64,000 nucleotides of DNA. Origin: a virus. The notes beneath the pieces are model-generated. The model saw only the letters and a program-made list of their open reading frames with translations, had not been told where the DNA came from and did not search any database. The DNA lies in the IMG/VR virus record IMGVR_UViG_3300042914_002167. One strand, written 5' to 3'. Numbering within the stretch: position 1 is the first letter of the stretch; the number at the start of each line of letters is the position of its first letter. The position numbers and the translations under genes are program-made. Below are positions 39,285 to 49,542 of the stretch, piece by piece.

Positions 39285-40598
39285 ATGTCAGTAGAAGCAC
39301 TTGTAAAAAAATGGAGTCCAGTTCTTGAACACTCTGAACTATCAGCAATCAAGGACAATCACAGAAGAGCGGTTACCGCACAACTTCTAGAGAACCAAGA
39401 AATCGCACTTCGCGAAGGTTCTTCAGGCGGATATCAGTCACAATCATCACTGTTGTCAGAAGCAGCCCCAACAAACAACATGGGTCTATCTTCTTCAACA
39501 GCTGGTCAAGGTGGTATCGACACATACGATCCAGTTCTAATCAGCTTGGTTCGTCGTGCAATGCCAAATCTTATCGCGTATGACATCTGCGGCGTTCAGC
39601 CAATGACTGGTCCTACAGGCTTGATCTTCGCAATGCGTTCTAACTACACAGTACAGCGTGGTACAGAAGCACTGTTCAACGAAGCAAATACAGCATTCTC
39701 TGGTGTCGGTGGTCAAGCTGGGTCTACACCTGCTCTTGCTAACGCTACAAACTACACATACGGCACAGCAATGTCTACTATACGTGCAGAATCATTGGGT
39801 GATGGCACAAACGCATTCGCTGAAATGGCATTCACAATCGACAAGATTGCTGTTACTGCTAAGAGCCGTGCATTGAAGGCAGAGTACACAATGGAATTGG
39901 CACAAGACTTGAAGGCAATTCACGGTCTTGACGCTGAACAAGAATTGTCAAACATTCTTTCCACAGAAATTCTTGCTGAAATCAACCGTGAAGTTGTTCG
40001 TACAATCAACTCTACAGCTACTGTTGGCGCACAAGAAAACGTTGCAATCGCAGGTACATTCGACCTAGACGTTGACGCTAACGGTCGTTGGTCTGTTGAG
40101 AAGTTCAAGGGTCTAATGTTCCAACTAGAGCGCGAAGCTAACGCAATTGCTAAGGCAACTCGTCGCGGTAAGGGTAACGTTATGATCTGTTCTTCTGACG
40201 TTGCATCAGCACTTCAGATGGCAGGTGTTCTTGACTACACTCCAGCACTTGCAAACAACTTGCAAGTTGACGACACAGGCAATACATTCGCAGGTGTTCT
40301 AAACGGTCGTGTCAAGGTTTACATCGATCCATATTTCGCAGCATCTGCTGGCGTTCACTACGCAACTATGGGTTACAAGGGAACTTCAGCATTTGACGCT
40401 GGTTTGTTCTACTGCCCATACGTTCCACTACAGATGGTTCGTGCTGTCGGTCAAGACACATTCCAACCTAAGATTGGCTTCAAGACACGTTACGGCATGG
40501 TTGCAAACCCATTCGCAACATCTGCTGGCGATGGCGCTGTAGCATTCGCTAATAAGAATCTGTACTATCGCAGATTCGCGATTACAAACTTGATGTAA
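39285..40598 (+). CDS. gp23: Major capsid protein gp23
   Basis: LVRRAMPNLIAYDICGVQPMTGPTGLIFAMR, ELAQDLKAIHGLDAE, YCPYVPL, FQPKIGFKTRYG. Confidence 0.99.
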   Translation: MSVEALVKKWSPVLEHSELSAIKDNHRRAVTAQLLENQEIALREGSSGGYQSQSSLLSEAAPTNNMGLSSSTAGQGGIDTYDPVLISLVRRAMPNLIAYDICGVQPMTGPTGLIFAMRSNYTVQRGTEALFNEANTAFSGVGGQAGSTPALANATNYTYGTAMSTIRAESLGDGTNAFAEMAFTIDKIAVTAKSRALKAEYTMELAQDLKAIHGLDAEQELSNILSTEILAEINREVVRTINSTATVGAQENVAIAGTFDLDVDANGRWSVEKFKGLMFQLEREANAIAKATRRGKGNVMICSSDVASALQMAGVLDYTPALANNLQVDDTGNTFAGVLNGRVKVYIDPYFAASAGVHYATMGYKGTSAFDAGLFYCPYVPLQMVRAVGQDTFQPKIGFKTRYGMVANPFATSAGDGAVAFANKNLYYRRFAITNLM

Positions 40599-40626
40599 TC
40601 AATATAGCCGACATAGATCGGAATTC

Positions 40627-40655
40627 AAAGAGGCTCTTCGGAGCCTCTTTTTTTT
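40627..40655 (+). terminator. Intrinsic terminator after gp23
   Basis: AAAGAGGCTC-TTCG-GAGCCTCTTT plus T-tract. Confidence 0.92.
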
Positions 40656-40694
40656 GTCTCATAAATATATGCATATTTCAGACAAGAGGATGAC

Positions 40695-41213
40695 ATGGCA
40701 GAATTTTATAAAGAACCAATCAACAAGAGTTTTCTCTCAAATAATAAGTTTGAGTTTTCTATTCAGAGACTACCAAACTTCACCTTTTTTGTGCAGTCTG
40801 TTAATATTCCCAGTTTGACACTATTTGATAGTCGCATTGCTTCTCCATTCACAAGAGTTCAGGTGCCTGGTAACCAAATTGATTATGGAGAGTTGAGTCT
40901 CACTGTCATTATGGATGAAGATTTTCATGCATGGTTTGAACTCTACAATTGGATGACTAACTTAGGTAATCCAGAATCGTATGACAAAAGAGGCACATTG
41001 ACAAATACAGCAGGAAGAATAAACAGCGTCACTTCTGATGCTTCATTGATTGTAAAGACAAACTCAAACAATCCAAACTTCATTATAAACTTCAAAGATG
41101 TCTTTCCTGTCTCTATGTCCGATCTGACTTTCAGCGCGACAGAATCACAAGATTTTCTAACAATCTCAAGCACATTCTCATATACATCATATTCAGCAAG
41201 AAAGTATTCTTGA
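40695..41213 (+). CDS. gp3: Tail completion protein gp3
   Basis: FFVQSVNIPS, PGNQIDY, DEDF..WFELYNW, FKDVFP; T4-like synteny. Confidence 0.85.
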   Translation: MAEFYKEPINKSFLSNNKFEFSIQRLPNFTFFVQSVNIPSLTLFDSRIASPFTRVQVPGNQIDYGELSLTVIMDEDFHAWFELYNWMTNLGNPESYDKRGTLTNTAGRINSVTSDASLIVKTNSNNPNFIINFKDVFPVSMSDLTFSATESQDFLTISSTFSYTSYSARKYS

Positions 41214-41238
41214 CTTTTATATCATTATGTGATATTAT
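41210..41238 (+). promoter_or_regulatory. sigma70-type promoter for the uvsY operon
   Basis: TTGACT, 17 nt, TG-n-TATTAT. Confidence 0.65.
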
Positions 41239-41270
41239 AATGACAATATGTATTGACTTGAGGACTTGTA

Positions 41271-41708
41271 ATGACATTAGACCAGATATCAGAGGAATGG
41301 CGAAAAGACGCAGGAATAGATTCAACAGAACTTGGGGCTGAATCACTGAAGATTCCTCAACTCCATAGTAAGTTCATGAAGATTTACTTTGATGAGAGAC
41401 AAAGACTTCGTGCTTATGAATTCAAGAGCAAGGCAACATTCCTCAAGAAGTATGAATACTACAATGGGCGAATGTCTCGCGAAGAACTTGAAGAAGCGGG
41501 ATGGGAGCCTTTTGTCAAGAAACTCATGAAGAATGAGGTTGACATGTATGTAGACTCCGATGCAGACATCGTTGATGTAAACATGAGAATCGTAGCACAG
41601 AAAGAAAAAATTGATTTTCTAGAAGAAGTGTTGAAGAATCTCAATCAGAGAAACTATCAGATAAAAAATGCAATTGATTGGCAGCGTTTTACCAATGGCG
41701 TCAACTGA
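41271..41708 (+). CDS. uvsY: Recombination mediator UvsY
   Basis: ESLKIPQLHSK, YEYYNG, RNYQIKNAIDW. Confidence 0.92.
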   Translation: MTLDQISEEWRKDAGIDSTELGAESLKIPQLHSKFMKIYFDERQRLRAYEFKSKATFLKKYEYYNGRMSREELEEAGWEPFVKKLMKNEVDMYVDSDADIVDVNMRIVAQKEKIDFLEEVLKNLNQRNYQIKNAIDWQRFTNGVN

Positions 41709-43152
41709 CATCACAATCTCAAAGATAGATGAAGTACACATAAGAGTCCAGTGCGACAAAGGCATTGCAATGGAACTAAGTGAATACTTTACATTTTATG
41801 TTCCAAACTATAAGTTCATGCCTAGCTTTCGCAATAAGCAATGGGATGGTAAGATTCGTCTGTTCAATACACAGTCTCATTCAATCTATTCTGGGCTTGC
41901 TCCATATGTAGAGAGTTTTTGCAAAGAACGTGAATACACATGTGAGAACGATAGTAGTGTAGACGCAGATGAAGAGTTCTCTGATGACGAAGCAATGACA
42001 TTCATTGATACATTGGGCATACCATTCATGCCAAGAGACTATCAGATGAAAGCGTTTGTCTATGCAATCAGAAAGCGTAGAGGTCTTCTGTTGTCACCAA
42101 CTGCATCTGGCAAGTCACTCATCATCTATCTCATCGCGAGGTATTTGAACTGTAAGACACTCATCATTGTACCGACGATCTCTCTAGTGTCTCAATTGTC
42201 AAAAGACTTCGAAGACTATGGGTGGGATAGCAACGAAAATGTACACAAAATCGTTGCAGGAGCAACGAAGACTACTAATAAGCAAGTTATCATATCAACT
42301 TGGCAGTCCATTTACAAACAACCGAAGGAATGGTTTTCTCAGTTTGATCTTGTCATTGGTGACGAAGCACACTTGTTCAAAGCGCAGTCACTAACATCTA
42401 TATTGTCAAAAATGACAAATTGCGCATATAGATATGGTCTCACTGGCACACTAGATGGAACACAAACACACAAACTAGTTCTTGAAGGTCTATTCGGTAG
42501 AGTCAAGCAAATCACGACAACAAAAGAACTCATTGATGCAGGCAGTCTTGCTAAGTTCAGAATCAAAGCACTTGTTCTAAAGCACGATGCTGCAATCTGC
42601 GCTGAAAACAAGAACAATAAGTATCAAGAAGAGATTGACTACCTTGTATCTTCCGTTGCACGAAACAAGTTCATCAGAAATCTTGCAGTCAGTCTAAAAG
42701 GGAACACACTTGTTCTCTATCAACTCGTTGAGAAGCATGGTAAAGTTCTACACAAGATGATTGATGAGTCTATAGAAGACAGACGATTGTTTTTTGTGCA
42801 TGGTGGAGTAGATGGCGAAGAGCGTGAAGAAGTCAGACTCATCACGGAAGAAGAAAACAATGCGATCATCGTCGCATCTTATGGTACCTTCAGCACTGGA
42901 ATAAATATTCGCAATCTTCACAATGTCATCTTTGCTTCACCTAGCAAAAGTAAGATCAGAACACTTCAATCAATTGGGCGTGGATTGAGACTTGGAAGTA
43001 ATAAAGATGTTGCGACTCTATTTGATATCGCAGATGATATGTCATATAAATCCAAGAAGAACTTCACACTTGATCATTTCATGGAACGCATGAAGATATA
43101 CAACGATGAGAAGTTTGAGTACAAAATTTACACAATTGAACTAAAAGGATGA
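41695..43152 (+). CDS. uvsW: DNA helicase UvsW
   Basis: WDGKIRLF, PRDYQ, SPTASGKS, GDEAH, QSIGRGLR. Confidence 0.97.
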   Translation: MASTDITISKIDEVHIRVQCDKGIAMELSEYFTFYVPNYKFMPSFRNKQWDGKIRLFNTQSHSIYSGLAPYVESFCKEREYTCENDSSVDADEEFSDDEAMTFIDTLGIPFMPRDYQMKAFVYAIRKRRGLLLSPTASGKSLIIYLIARYLNCKTLIIVPTISLVSQLSKDFEDYGWDSNENVHKIVAGATKTTNKQVIISTWQSIYKQPKEWFSQFDLVIGDEAHLFKAQSLTSILSKMTNCAYRYGLTGTLDGTQTHKLVLEGLFGRVKQITTTKELIDAGSLAKFRIKALVLKHDAAICAENKNNKYQEEIDYLVSSVARNKFIRNLAVSLKGNTLVLYQLVEKHGKVLHKMIDESIEDRRLFFVHGGVDGEEREEVRLITEEENNAIIVASYGTFSTGINIRNLHNVIFASPSKSKIRTLQSIGRGLRLGSNKDVATLFDIADDMSYKSKKNFTLDHFMERMKIYNDEKFEYKIYTIELKG

Positions 43153-43153
43153 T

Positions 43154-43549
43154 ATGATTCAAACGGAAGAAGTAGATGGCGGAAGAGTCTTGATTCTGAA
43201 ACTTTCTAGTGGCGAAACAGTTGTTGGATCTGTTGTTAAAGAAACTCAAGGATACATTGAATTGAGTAATCCATTCAAACTGCTTATGGTTTATAATGGA
43301 GCATCAATGAATCTGACTATCATCCGTTGGGACATGGCTATTGACTTTAATTATCCAGTTCGTGTGTTCAAGAACACAATTGTGGCATGTGCTAAACCAA
43401 AAGATGAGATGGTGGCAGCCTACACTGAGGTTGTTGTAAGCGATGCAGACACCAGCGAAGAGGAATCTTCAACAGAAAATGACTTGCAGACTATTCAGGA
43501 TGAGGTCAGTGATCTCATCATGCAAGCTAAAAGAAGTAAACTACATTAA
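43154..43549 (+). CDS. Conserved hypothetical protein (Sm-like fold)
   Basis: ILKLSSGETVVG..NP motif; lies between uvsW and gp55. Confidence 0.7.
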   Translation: MIQTEEVDGGRVLILKLSSGETVVGSVVKETQGYIELSNPFKLLMVYNGASMNLTIIRWDMAIDFNYPVRVFKNTIVACAKPKDEMVAAYTEVVVSDADTSEEESSTENDLQTIQDEVSDLIMQAKRSKLH

Positions 43550-43634
43550 GTATACTTACTCTAACCCTTTGCAGAGGGTACACAGTGAATGTAACAGGTT
43601 GTCAAGTGAAAGTCAATGAAAAATAAGGAATATT

Positions 43635-44225
43635 ATGACAAAATCTAATCATTATGTTGATAACGAAGTCTTCCTAAAGGAGATGACGGAATATAGGAAT
43701 GCAGTGTATGATGCGCAGCAAAACAAACTTGAGCGCCCAAGAGTGCCAAATTACATAGGAACCTGTCTCTTCAAGATTGCCACTCATCTATCACGCAGAC
43801 CAAACTTCGCACGATACACATTCCGAGAAGACATGATTTCCGATGGAGTGGAGAACTGTCTTCTTTACATAGACAACTTTGATCCTGAGAAGTCTAAAAA
43901 TCCATTTGCGTATTTCACACAGATCATCTACTTTGCCTTTTTGCGCCGCATTCAAAAGGAAAAGAAGCACATGTATGTGAAGTATAAGAGCATGGAAAAC
44001 GAAGTCATCAATGCAATCATTGAGAACACTGGTGAGGGTGAAGATATGATTGGATCACAACTCAATGGTTCTATGCACGATTCTTACGCAGAAGAGTTCA
44101 TTCGCGATTTCATTCAGTCTTTTGAGGAGACAAAGCGGAAGAAAACAATTGCAAGAAAGAAAAAAACTGGTATCACTAAGTTTATGGAGGAAGATGATGC
44201 AGACGCCATTGCCAGCACAAATTGA
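43635..44225 (+). CDS. gp55: Late sigma factor gp55
   Basis: HYVDN, PNF..YTFREDMISDG, NFDPEKSKNPFAYFTQI. Confidence 0.97.
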   Translation: MTKSNHYVDNEVFLKEMTEYRNAVYDAQQNKLERPRVPNYIGTCLFKIATHLSRRPNFARYTFREDMISDGVENCLLYIDNFDPEKSKNPFAYFTQIIYFAFLRRIQKEKKHMYVKYKSMENEVINAIIENTGEGEDMIGSQLNGSMHDSYAEEFIRDFIQSFEETKRKKTIARKKKTGITKFMEEDDADAIASTN

Positions 44226-44400
44226 ACATTGGATGAAGATCGTCCACAACAAGAAGTCACATCCCAATCTCAAGGATGATGCGATGTTGCATCTTAGCAC
44301 AATCCGTGATATAATCAATGAAACTTTGACTAAAGGAAAGATGAGATATGAAAATTTGCCTTCTCGGGGATACACACCTAGGCGCGAGAAACGACTCTAA
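44194..44400 (+). CDS. Small hypothetical protein
   Basis: GGAGG SD at 44186-90 before ATG; fills the gap between gp55 and gp47. Confidence 0.5.
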   Translation: MMQTPLPAQIEHWMKIVHNKKSHPNLKDDAMLHLSTIRDIINETLTKGKMRYENLPSRGYTPRREKRL

Positions 44401-45415
44401 ACACTTCCATGAATACTTTGAGAAGTTCTATGACTTTTTCTTTTCCTATTTGGATGAACATGCGATAACGACAGTCATCCAACTAGGTGACCTCTTTGAT
44501 CGGCGAAAGTATGTAAACTTCTACACACTCGCTGAGTCAAAGAGATATTTCTTTGATCGTCTTGCTGAAAGGAAGATCAACTTCTATGCTCTCGTTGGCA
44601 ATCATGACATCTTCTGGAAGCACAGTCTTTCCGTCAACTCTCCTGATCTTCTTCTTCAAGAGTATGATAACATCTTCATCCATGACAAACCGACGACACT
44701 GAGGTTTCCTGGGCTATCAATTGATCTTGTTCCTTGGATGTGCAACGAGAACGAAGATGAGATTGCAGCATTCGTAGAAAGTTCAGTCTCTCCAGTTTGC
44801 GTTGGTCATTTTGAACTTGTTGGCTTCCCTCTGATGAAGGGTGTTGAGAGTCATGATGGCATTGAAGCGAAGTTTCTTGACAGATATGATCACGTATACA
44901 GTGGGCACTATCACACACGATCAACAAAAGGAAATGTGACGTACACTGGCACTCCATATGAGTTGGTATGGAGTGACTACAAAGACACCAAAGGATTCTA
45001 CGTCCTAGATACATCTACACATCAAGTTGAGTTTGTAGAGAACACACTACGTATGTTCTACAAGGTATTCTATGATGACTCTAAGTTTGATCTTCAAGAT
45101 GTTCTTGGTACAGACTACAGCAGACTAAAAGATAAGTATGTGAAGATCGTTGTCATGAACAAACAGAATCCGTATGTGTTTGACAAGATGCTAGATGAGA
45201 TTTTCAAAGTGTCGCCCATTGATGTGATGATTGTCGAAGACTTCACTGAGTTGAATACCTCTGGTGAAGATACGGATGTGAATCAAGCTGAAGACACACT
45301 GACATCACTTTATAATTTCATAGATCAACAAACACTCCAAGTGGAATCGCCCAGACTAAAAGCTATTATGCATGAACTGTACATGGAAGCATTGTCGTCG
45401 GAGAACATTGAATGA
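44348..45415 (+). CDS. gp47: Recombination endonuclease gp47 (Mre11/SbcD-like)
   Basis: GDTHLG, LGDLFDRR, GNHD, SGHYH. Confidence 0.96.
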   Translation: MKICLLGDTHLGARNDSKHFHEYFEKFYDFFFSYLDEHAITTVIQLGDLFDRRKYVNFYTLAESKRYFFDRLAERKINFYALVGNHDIFWKHSLSVNSPDLLLQEYDNIFIHDKPTTLRFPGLSIDLVPWMCNENEDEIAAFVESSVSPVCVGHFELVGFPLMKGVESHDGIEAKFLDRYDHVYSGHYHTRSTKGNVTYTGTPYELVWSDYKDTKGFYVLDTSTHQVEFVENTLRMFYKVFYDDSKFDLQDVLGTDYSRLKDKYVKIVVMNKQNPYVFDKMLDEIFKVSPIDVMIVEDFTELNTSGEDTDVNQAEDTLTSLYNFIDQQTLQVESPRLKAIMHELYMEALSSENIE

Positions 45416-47127
45416 ATGTTGTTTTTAGAAATGTCCGATGGAAGAATTTCTTGTCAACAGGAAACATCTTCACAGAGATGCAACTTGCTGAAGAGTCTGC
45501 TACACTTGTTGTTGGATCAAATGGTTCTGGCAAGTCAACTATGCTTGACGCAATCTGCTTTGGTCTGTTTGGTAAACCATTCCGGAATGTGAATAAACCA
45601 CAACTTTTGAATTCAATAAATCAAAAGGACTGTGTGGTTGAGGTTGAGTTTGACACTGGCAACAAGTCTTACCGCGTTGTTCGAGGAATGAAACCCAACA
45701 TCTTTGAAATATACTGCAACGGAACTCTTATATCTCAGTCAGCCGCGAATAGAGACTATCAAGAGCATCTAGAAAAGTTCATTCTGAAACTGAACTTCAA
45801 GTCATTCACACAGATCGTGATCCTTGGTTCTGCATCGTTCACTCCGTTCATGCAGTTGACTGCTAACGACAGACGCATGATCATTGAAGACTTGCTAGAC
45901 ATCCAGATTTTCTCTAGGATGAATGGTGTTCTGAAAGAGAAGTACGCAAAACTGAAGGACGACATTGCAGATGTCAAAAGAAAGCATGAGTCTGCTAAAG
46001 ATAAGCATGATATTCTAGTTGAGCATGCTGCAACTCTTGTCAAGGGCAACAAAGACAGAATCCAACAGAAGCGTGATGTTCTTGACAAAGAAAGCACTAC
46101 GATTGCTGCATATGAAAAGCAGATTGAAACGTTGAGTGCCGAGATCGATGACCTGAGAGACAAGACAAAGGATCAAAGTTCCATTCAATCCAAACTTCAG
46201 CGATATGACAACATTGAATCCAATCTGAACAAGACGCTAAAAAAGGTTGCTGCTGACATATCATTGTACACTGAGACTGAAGAGTGCCCAGTTTGCAAGC
46301 AAGGCATTCCACATGAACACAAGAAAGTTCTGATTGATGAGCGAGAGGGCAAGTTGAAAGATGTTGAGAGTGCAATTCAAGACTTGAACAGGAAGTACAA
46401 TCAAGAAGTTGATAGACTGGAAAAGATCAATAAGTTACTGACACAGATGGATGAGAAGTCTAAGGAATGCGCAACTCTTTCTAGAAACTTGACTGCATCT
46501 TACAAGTACATTGGTTCATTGAAAGAAGAACTTGATGAAATGGAAAAGCCACAAGAGGACATCAAAGAGATCAAGACACGAATAGGAGACTTGCAGCATG
46601 AAATGACTTCTGCTGCAATGTCAGAGCAGACATTGACAAGCGAGAAACACTACCTTGATGTTGCGACGAATCTGCTGAAAGACACTGGCATCAAGACAAA
46701 GATCATTAGACAATACATACCTGTGATCAACAAGTTTGTGAACAAGTACCTTTCTGCGATGGACTTCTTTGTGAACTTCACGTTGGATGAATCATTCAAA
46801 GAGACTATCAAGTCAAGGCATCGTGACGATTTCTGTTATGCATCTTTCAGTGAAGGTGAGAAGCAAAGAATTGATATGGCACTGATGTTGACATGGAGAG
46901 CGGTAGCTAAACTGAAGAACTCATCAAACACCAATCTGCTGATTCTGGATGAGGTGTTTGACTCAAGTCTAGACACAAACGGCACAGAAGACTTGATGAA
47001 GATTTTGAATATGCTTGAGAGCACGAATCTATTTGTGATCAGTCATCGAGGTGACATTCTTCAAGACAAGTTTAGGAATGTGATTCGGTTTGAGAAGATG
47101 AACAATTTTTCAAGGATGATAAAATGA
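45412..47127 (+). CDS. gp46: Recombination ATPase gp46 (Rad50/SbcC-like)
   Basis: GSNGSGKST, CPVC hook, FSEGEKQRID, ILDEVFD. Confidence 0.97.
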   Translation: MNVVFRNVRWKNFLSTGNIFTEMQLAEESATLVVGSNGSGKSTMLDAICFGLFGKPFRNVNKPQLLNSINQKDCVVEVEFDTGNKSYRVVRGMKPNIFEIYCNGTLISQSAANRDYQEHLEKFILKLNFKSFTQIVILGSASFTPFMQLTANDRRMIIEDLLDIQIFSRMNGVLKEKYAKLKDDIADVKRKHESAKDKHDILVEHAATLVKGNKDRIQQKRDVLDKESTTIAAYEKQIETLSAEIDDLRDKTKDQSSIQSKLQRYDNIESNLNKTLKKVAADISLYTETEECPVCKQGIPHEHKKVLIDEREGKLKDVESAIQDLNRKYNQEVDRLEKINKLLTQMDEKSKECATLSRNLTASYKYIGSLKEELDEMEKPQEDIKEIKTRIGDLQHEMTSAAMSEQTLTSEKHYLDVATNLLKDTGIKTKIIRQYIPVINKFVNKYLSAMDFFVNFTLDESFKETIKSRHRDDFCYASFSEGEKQRIDMALMLTWRAVAKLKNSSNTNLLILDEVFDSSLDTNGTEDLMKILNMLESTNLFVISHRGDILQDKFRNVIRFEKMNNFSRMIK

Positions 47128-47639
47128 TTGAATTGAAAGCACTAGAACTAATTCCAGAAACAAGTGAAATCTTGAAGCAGACGCAGAGAGACTTTGATTT
47201 TGAAAATCTTCCTTACGATCCAAAAGACTTAGCCTTCAAGATGAACGAGTGTATGATCAAGAACAACGGGCTCGGTTTGTCAGCTTGTCAAGTTGGTATT
47301 CGGTACAAAGTGTTCGTCATGCGAGTCGATAGTGTAGAACCTCTCGCAATATTCAATCCTAGGATCGTGAGTGTGTCTGAAAACGAAGTCAGCATGAAAG
47401 AAGGATGCTTGAGTTTTCCTCTTCTGTACATGAACGTCAAGCGCCCAGATGCAGTGAGAATCAGATTTCAGACTGCCGACGGCGAAACAAAGACGCAACA
47501 ATTCATTGGTATGTCCGCTAGGGTTGCATTGCATGAATTGGATCACTTAGATGGAATAACATATTTGAATCGTGCAACATCATTTGAGTTGCAACGTGCC
47601 ACAAGAAAGCGTATGATTTTGAAAAGGAAAGTAAAATGA
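47124..47639 (+). CDS. def: Peptide deformylase
   Basis: GLGLSACQVG, EGCLSFP, HELDHLDG. Confidence 0.95.
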   Translation: MIELKALELIPETSEILKQTQRDFDFENLPYDPKDLAFKMNECMIKNNGLGLSACQVGIRYKVFVMRVDSVEPLAIFNPRIVSVSENEVSMKEGCLSFPLLYMNVKRPDAVRIRFQTADGETKTQQFIGMSARVALHELDHLDGITYLNRATSFELQRATRKRMILKRKVK

Positions 47640-47995
47640 CTAGACTCCAAGGACCAGTTTCAAAGGGGTGGGGAAGTGAAGAGATTTGGGTGTCCAATGA
47701 CAAGTATTGTAGTAAATTTCTAAACTTCCATCAAGACGCAAAGTTCTCAATGCACTTTCATGCGGAGAAAGAAGAGACTTGGTATGTCCTCGAGGGCAGA
47801 TTCATTGTAGAGTGCATTGATACTAAAGATGCGTCAACATATACCAAAACTCTAAAGACGGGTGATGTTTGGCACAATCCACCTCTGCTTCCCCACAGAT
47901 TGACTTGTCTAGAGAAAGGTACTATAATTGAAGTATCTACACCAGACAGTGTGGAAGATAACTATCGTGTATCTAGAGGAGACAGTCAAAGGTGA
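47636..47995 (+). CDS. Cupin, sugar isomerase-like
   Basis: KGWGSE, SMHFHAEKEETW, PHRL, IEVSTPD. Confidence 0.8.
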   Translation: MTRLQGPVSKGWGSEEIWVSNDKYCSKFLNFHQDAKFSMHFHAEKEETWYVLEGRFIVECIDTKDASTYTKTLKTGDVWHNPPLLPHRLTCLEKGTIIEVSTPDSVEDNYRVSRGDSQR

Positions 47996-48390
47996 AGAAG
48001 ATATTTCTGAACGGAACTTTTGATGTTCTTCATCTTGGGCATCTGAAGATTCTCAACTATGCAAAGAGTCTTGGCGATCATCTGATGGTTGCAATAGACA
48101 CAGACAAGCGTATTAGAGAATTGAAAGGCAACAATCGACCGATCAATGATGTATATGAGAGAAAGACTTTTTTGCAGAATCTAAAAGCGGTTGATGAAGT
48201 GCAGGTGTTTGGCAGCGAAGACGATCTAATTCATATTCTTGTTGCGTACAAACCAGACATCATCGTAAAGGGTGGCGATCATCGCGAAACCAGTAAATTG
48301 GCTAAACAGTATTGTAATGAGGTTGTGTTCTATGACAGATTTGGTGACTACTCTTCGACAGCAAAAATACAAAGTATTGCTAATCGGTGA
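47992..48390 (+). CDS. hldC: Heptose-1-phosphate nucleotidyltransferase (HldE domain II)
   Basis: GTFDVLHLGH, KGNNRPIN, PDIIVKGGD, YSST; GTG start. Confidence 0.85.
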   Translation: MKKIFLNGTFDVLHLGHLKILNYAKSLGDHLMVAIDTDKRIRELKGNNRPINDVYERKTFLQNLKAVDEVQVFGSEDDLIHILVAYKPDIIVKGGDHRETSKLAKQYCNEVVFYDRFGDYSSTAKIQSIANR

Positions 48391-49096
48391 TACTTGTATA
48401 GACAACTATATCTATGGAACTGTAGATAGAGTTTCACCTGAAGCGCCCATTCCTGTTTTGAAGACGACTGGAAAGCAAGACTTTCGTGGAGGAATGTCGA
48501 GCAATGTACGCAAAAATCTAGAAGCACTTAATTGTGAAGTCAAACACATTAGAGGCAATAAGTCTGTAAAGACAAGATATATTGACGTCAAAAGCGGATA
48601 TCAACTTCTTCGTGTTGACAGTGATGCTGATCAGGTACCTCTTAGGATTGTAGATTGCAATGATGGATATGATGCTATTGTTATATCTGATTATGATAAA
48701 GGATTTATCACATATGACTTTGTAGAAGAGATTAGAAAGTCTTACACAGGACCGATCTTCATAGATACCAAAAAAACAGACCTGGGTAGGTTTGATGGTT
48801 GCTACGTCAAAATCAACGAATCAGAATTTTCTAAAGCAACATCACTTCCATCTGATTACATAGTGACTTTGAGTTCAGAAGGAACACGATGGAATGATAA
48901 AATCTATCCAACAGACAAAGTTGAAGTGCATGATGTGACTGGCGCAGGTGATGTTCATCTCGCATCATTAGCAGTTTTTTATCTGTTTACAGGAAGCATA
49001 GAAAATGCTATTCCTTTTGCAAACAAACTTGCGTCCATCTCCGTTCAACATCAAGGTGTCTATACAATAACTGAAAAGGACATCAATTCATTATGA
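48332..49096 (+). CDS. hldA: Heptose-7-phosphate kinase (HldE domain I, PfkB)
   Basis: IGD..IDNY.YG.VDRVSPEAPIPVL, ISDYDKG, DVTGAGD. Confidence 0.88.
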   Translation: MTDLVTTLRQQKYKVLLIGDTCIDNYIYGTVDRVSPEAPIPVLKTTGKQDFRGGMSSNVRKNLEALNCEVKHIRGNKSVKTRYIDVKSGYQLLRVDSDADQVPLRIVDCNDGYDAIVISDYDKGFITYDFVEEIRKSYTGPIFIDTKKTDLGRFDGCYVKINESEFSKATSLPSDYIVTLSSEGTRWNDKIYPTDKVEVHDVTGAGDVHLASLAVFYLFTGSIENAIPFANKLASISVQHQGVYTITEKDINSL

Positions 49097-49539
49097 TGAA
49101 AGAGAAGTACATGTGGGCATTCATGAAGACTGCCCGTATCTTCGGTGATCTTAGCACAGCCGTAAGACGAAAAGTTGGTGCGATTATCGTAAAAGATAAC
49201 CGTATCATTTCCATTGGATACAATGGTATGCCATCTGGCTGGACAAACGAGTGTGAAGATAAGATATACACTCCAGACAAAGTTGAGCCTTTATTGAGAA
49301 CAAAACCAGAGGTTCTGCATGCAGAGTCCAATGCAATCTTGAAACTTGCCCGATCTACAGAAAGTGGTGAGGGTGCTTACATGTTCGTGACTTGTGTTCC
49401 GTGCTTAGAGTGTGCTAAAATGATCTATCAATCTGGCATATCCAAAGTGTTTTATAGCGAACCGTATCGCAACAGTGATGGATTAGATTTCCTACATAAG
49501 TGTAATGTGTATACCGCACATTTGTCATTAGAGGAGTAA
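49093..49539 (+). CDS. cd: dCMP deaminase
   Basis: KVGAIIVKD..ISIGYNG, HAESNAI, PCLECAK. Confidence 0.95.
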   Translation: MMKEKYMWAFMKTARIFGDLSTAVRRKVGAIIVKDNRIISIGYNGMPSGWTNECEDKIYTPDKVEPLLRTKPEVLHAESNAILKLARSTESGEGAYMFVTCVPCLECAKMIYQSGISKVFYSEPYRNSDGLDFLHKCNVYTAHLSLEE

Positions 49540-49542
49540 ATT

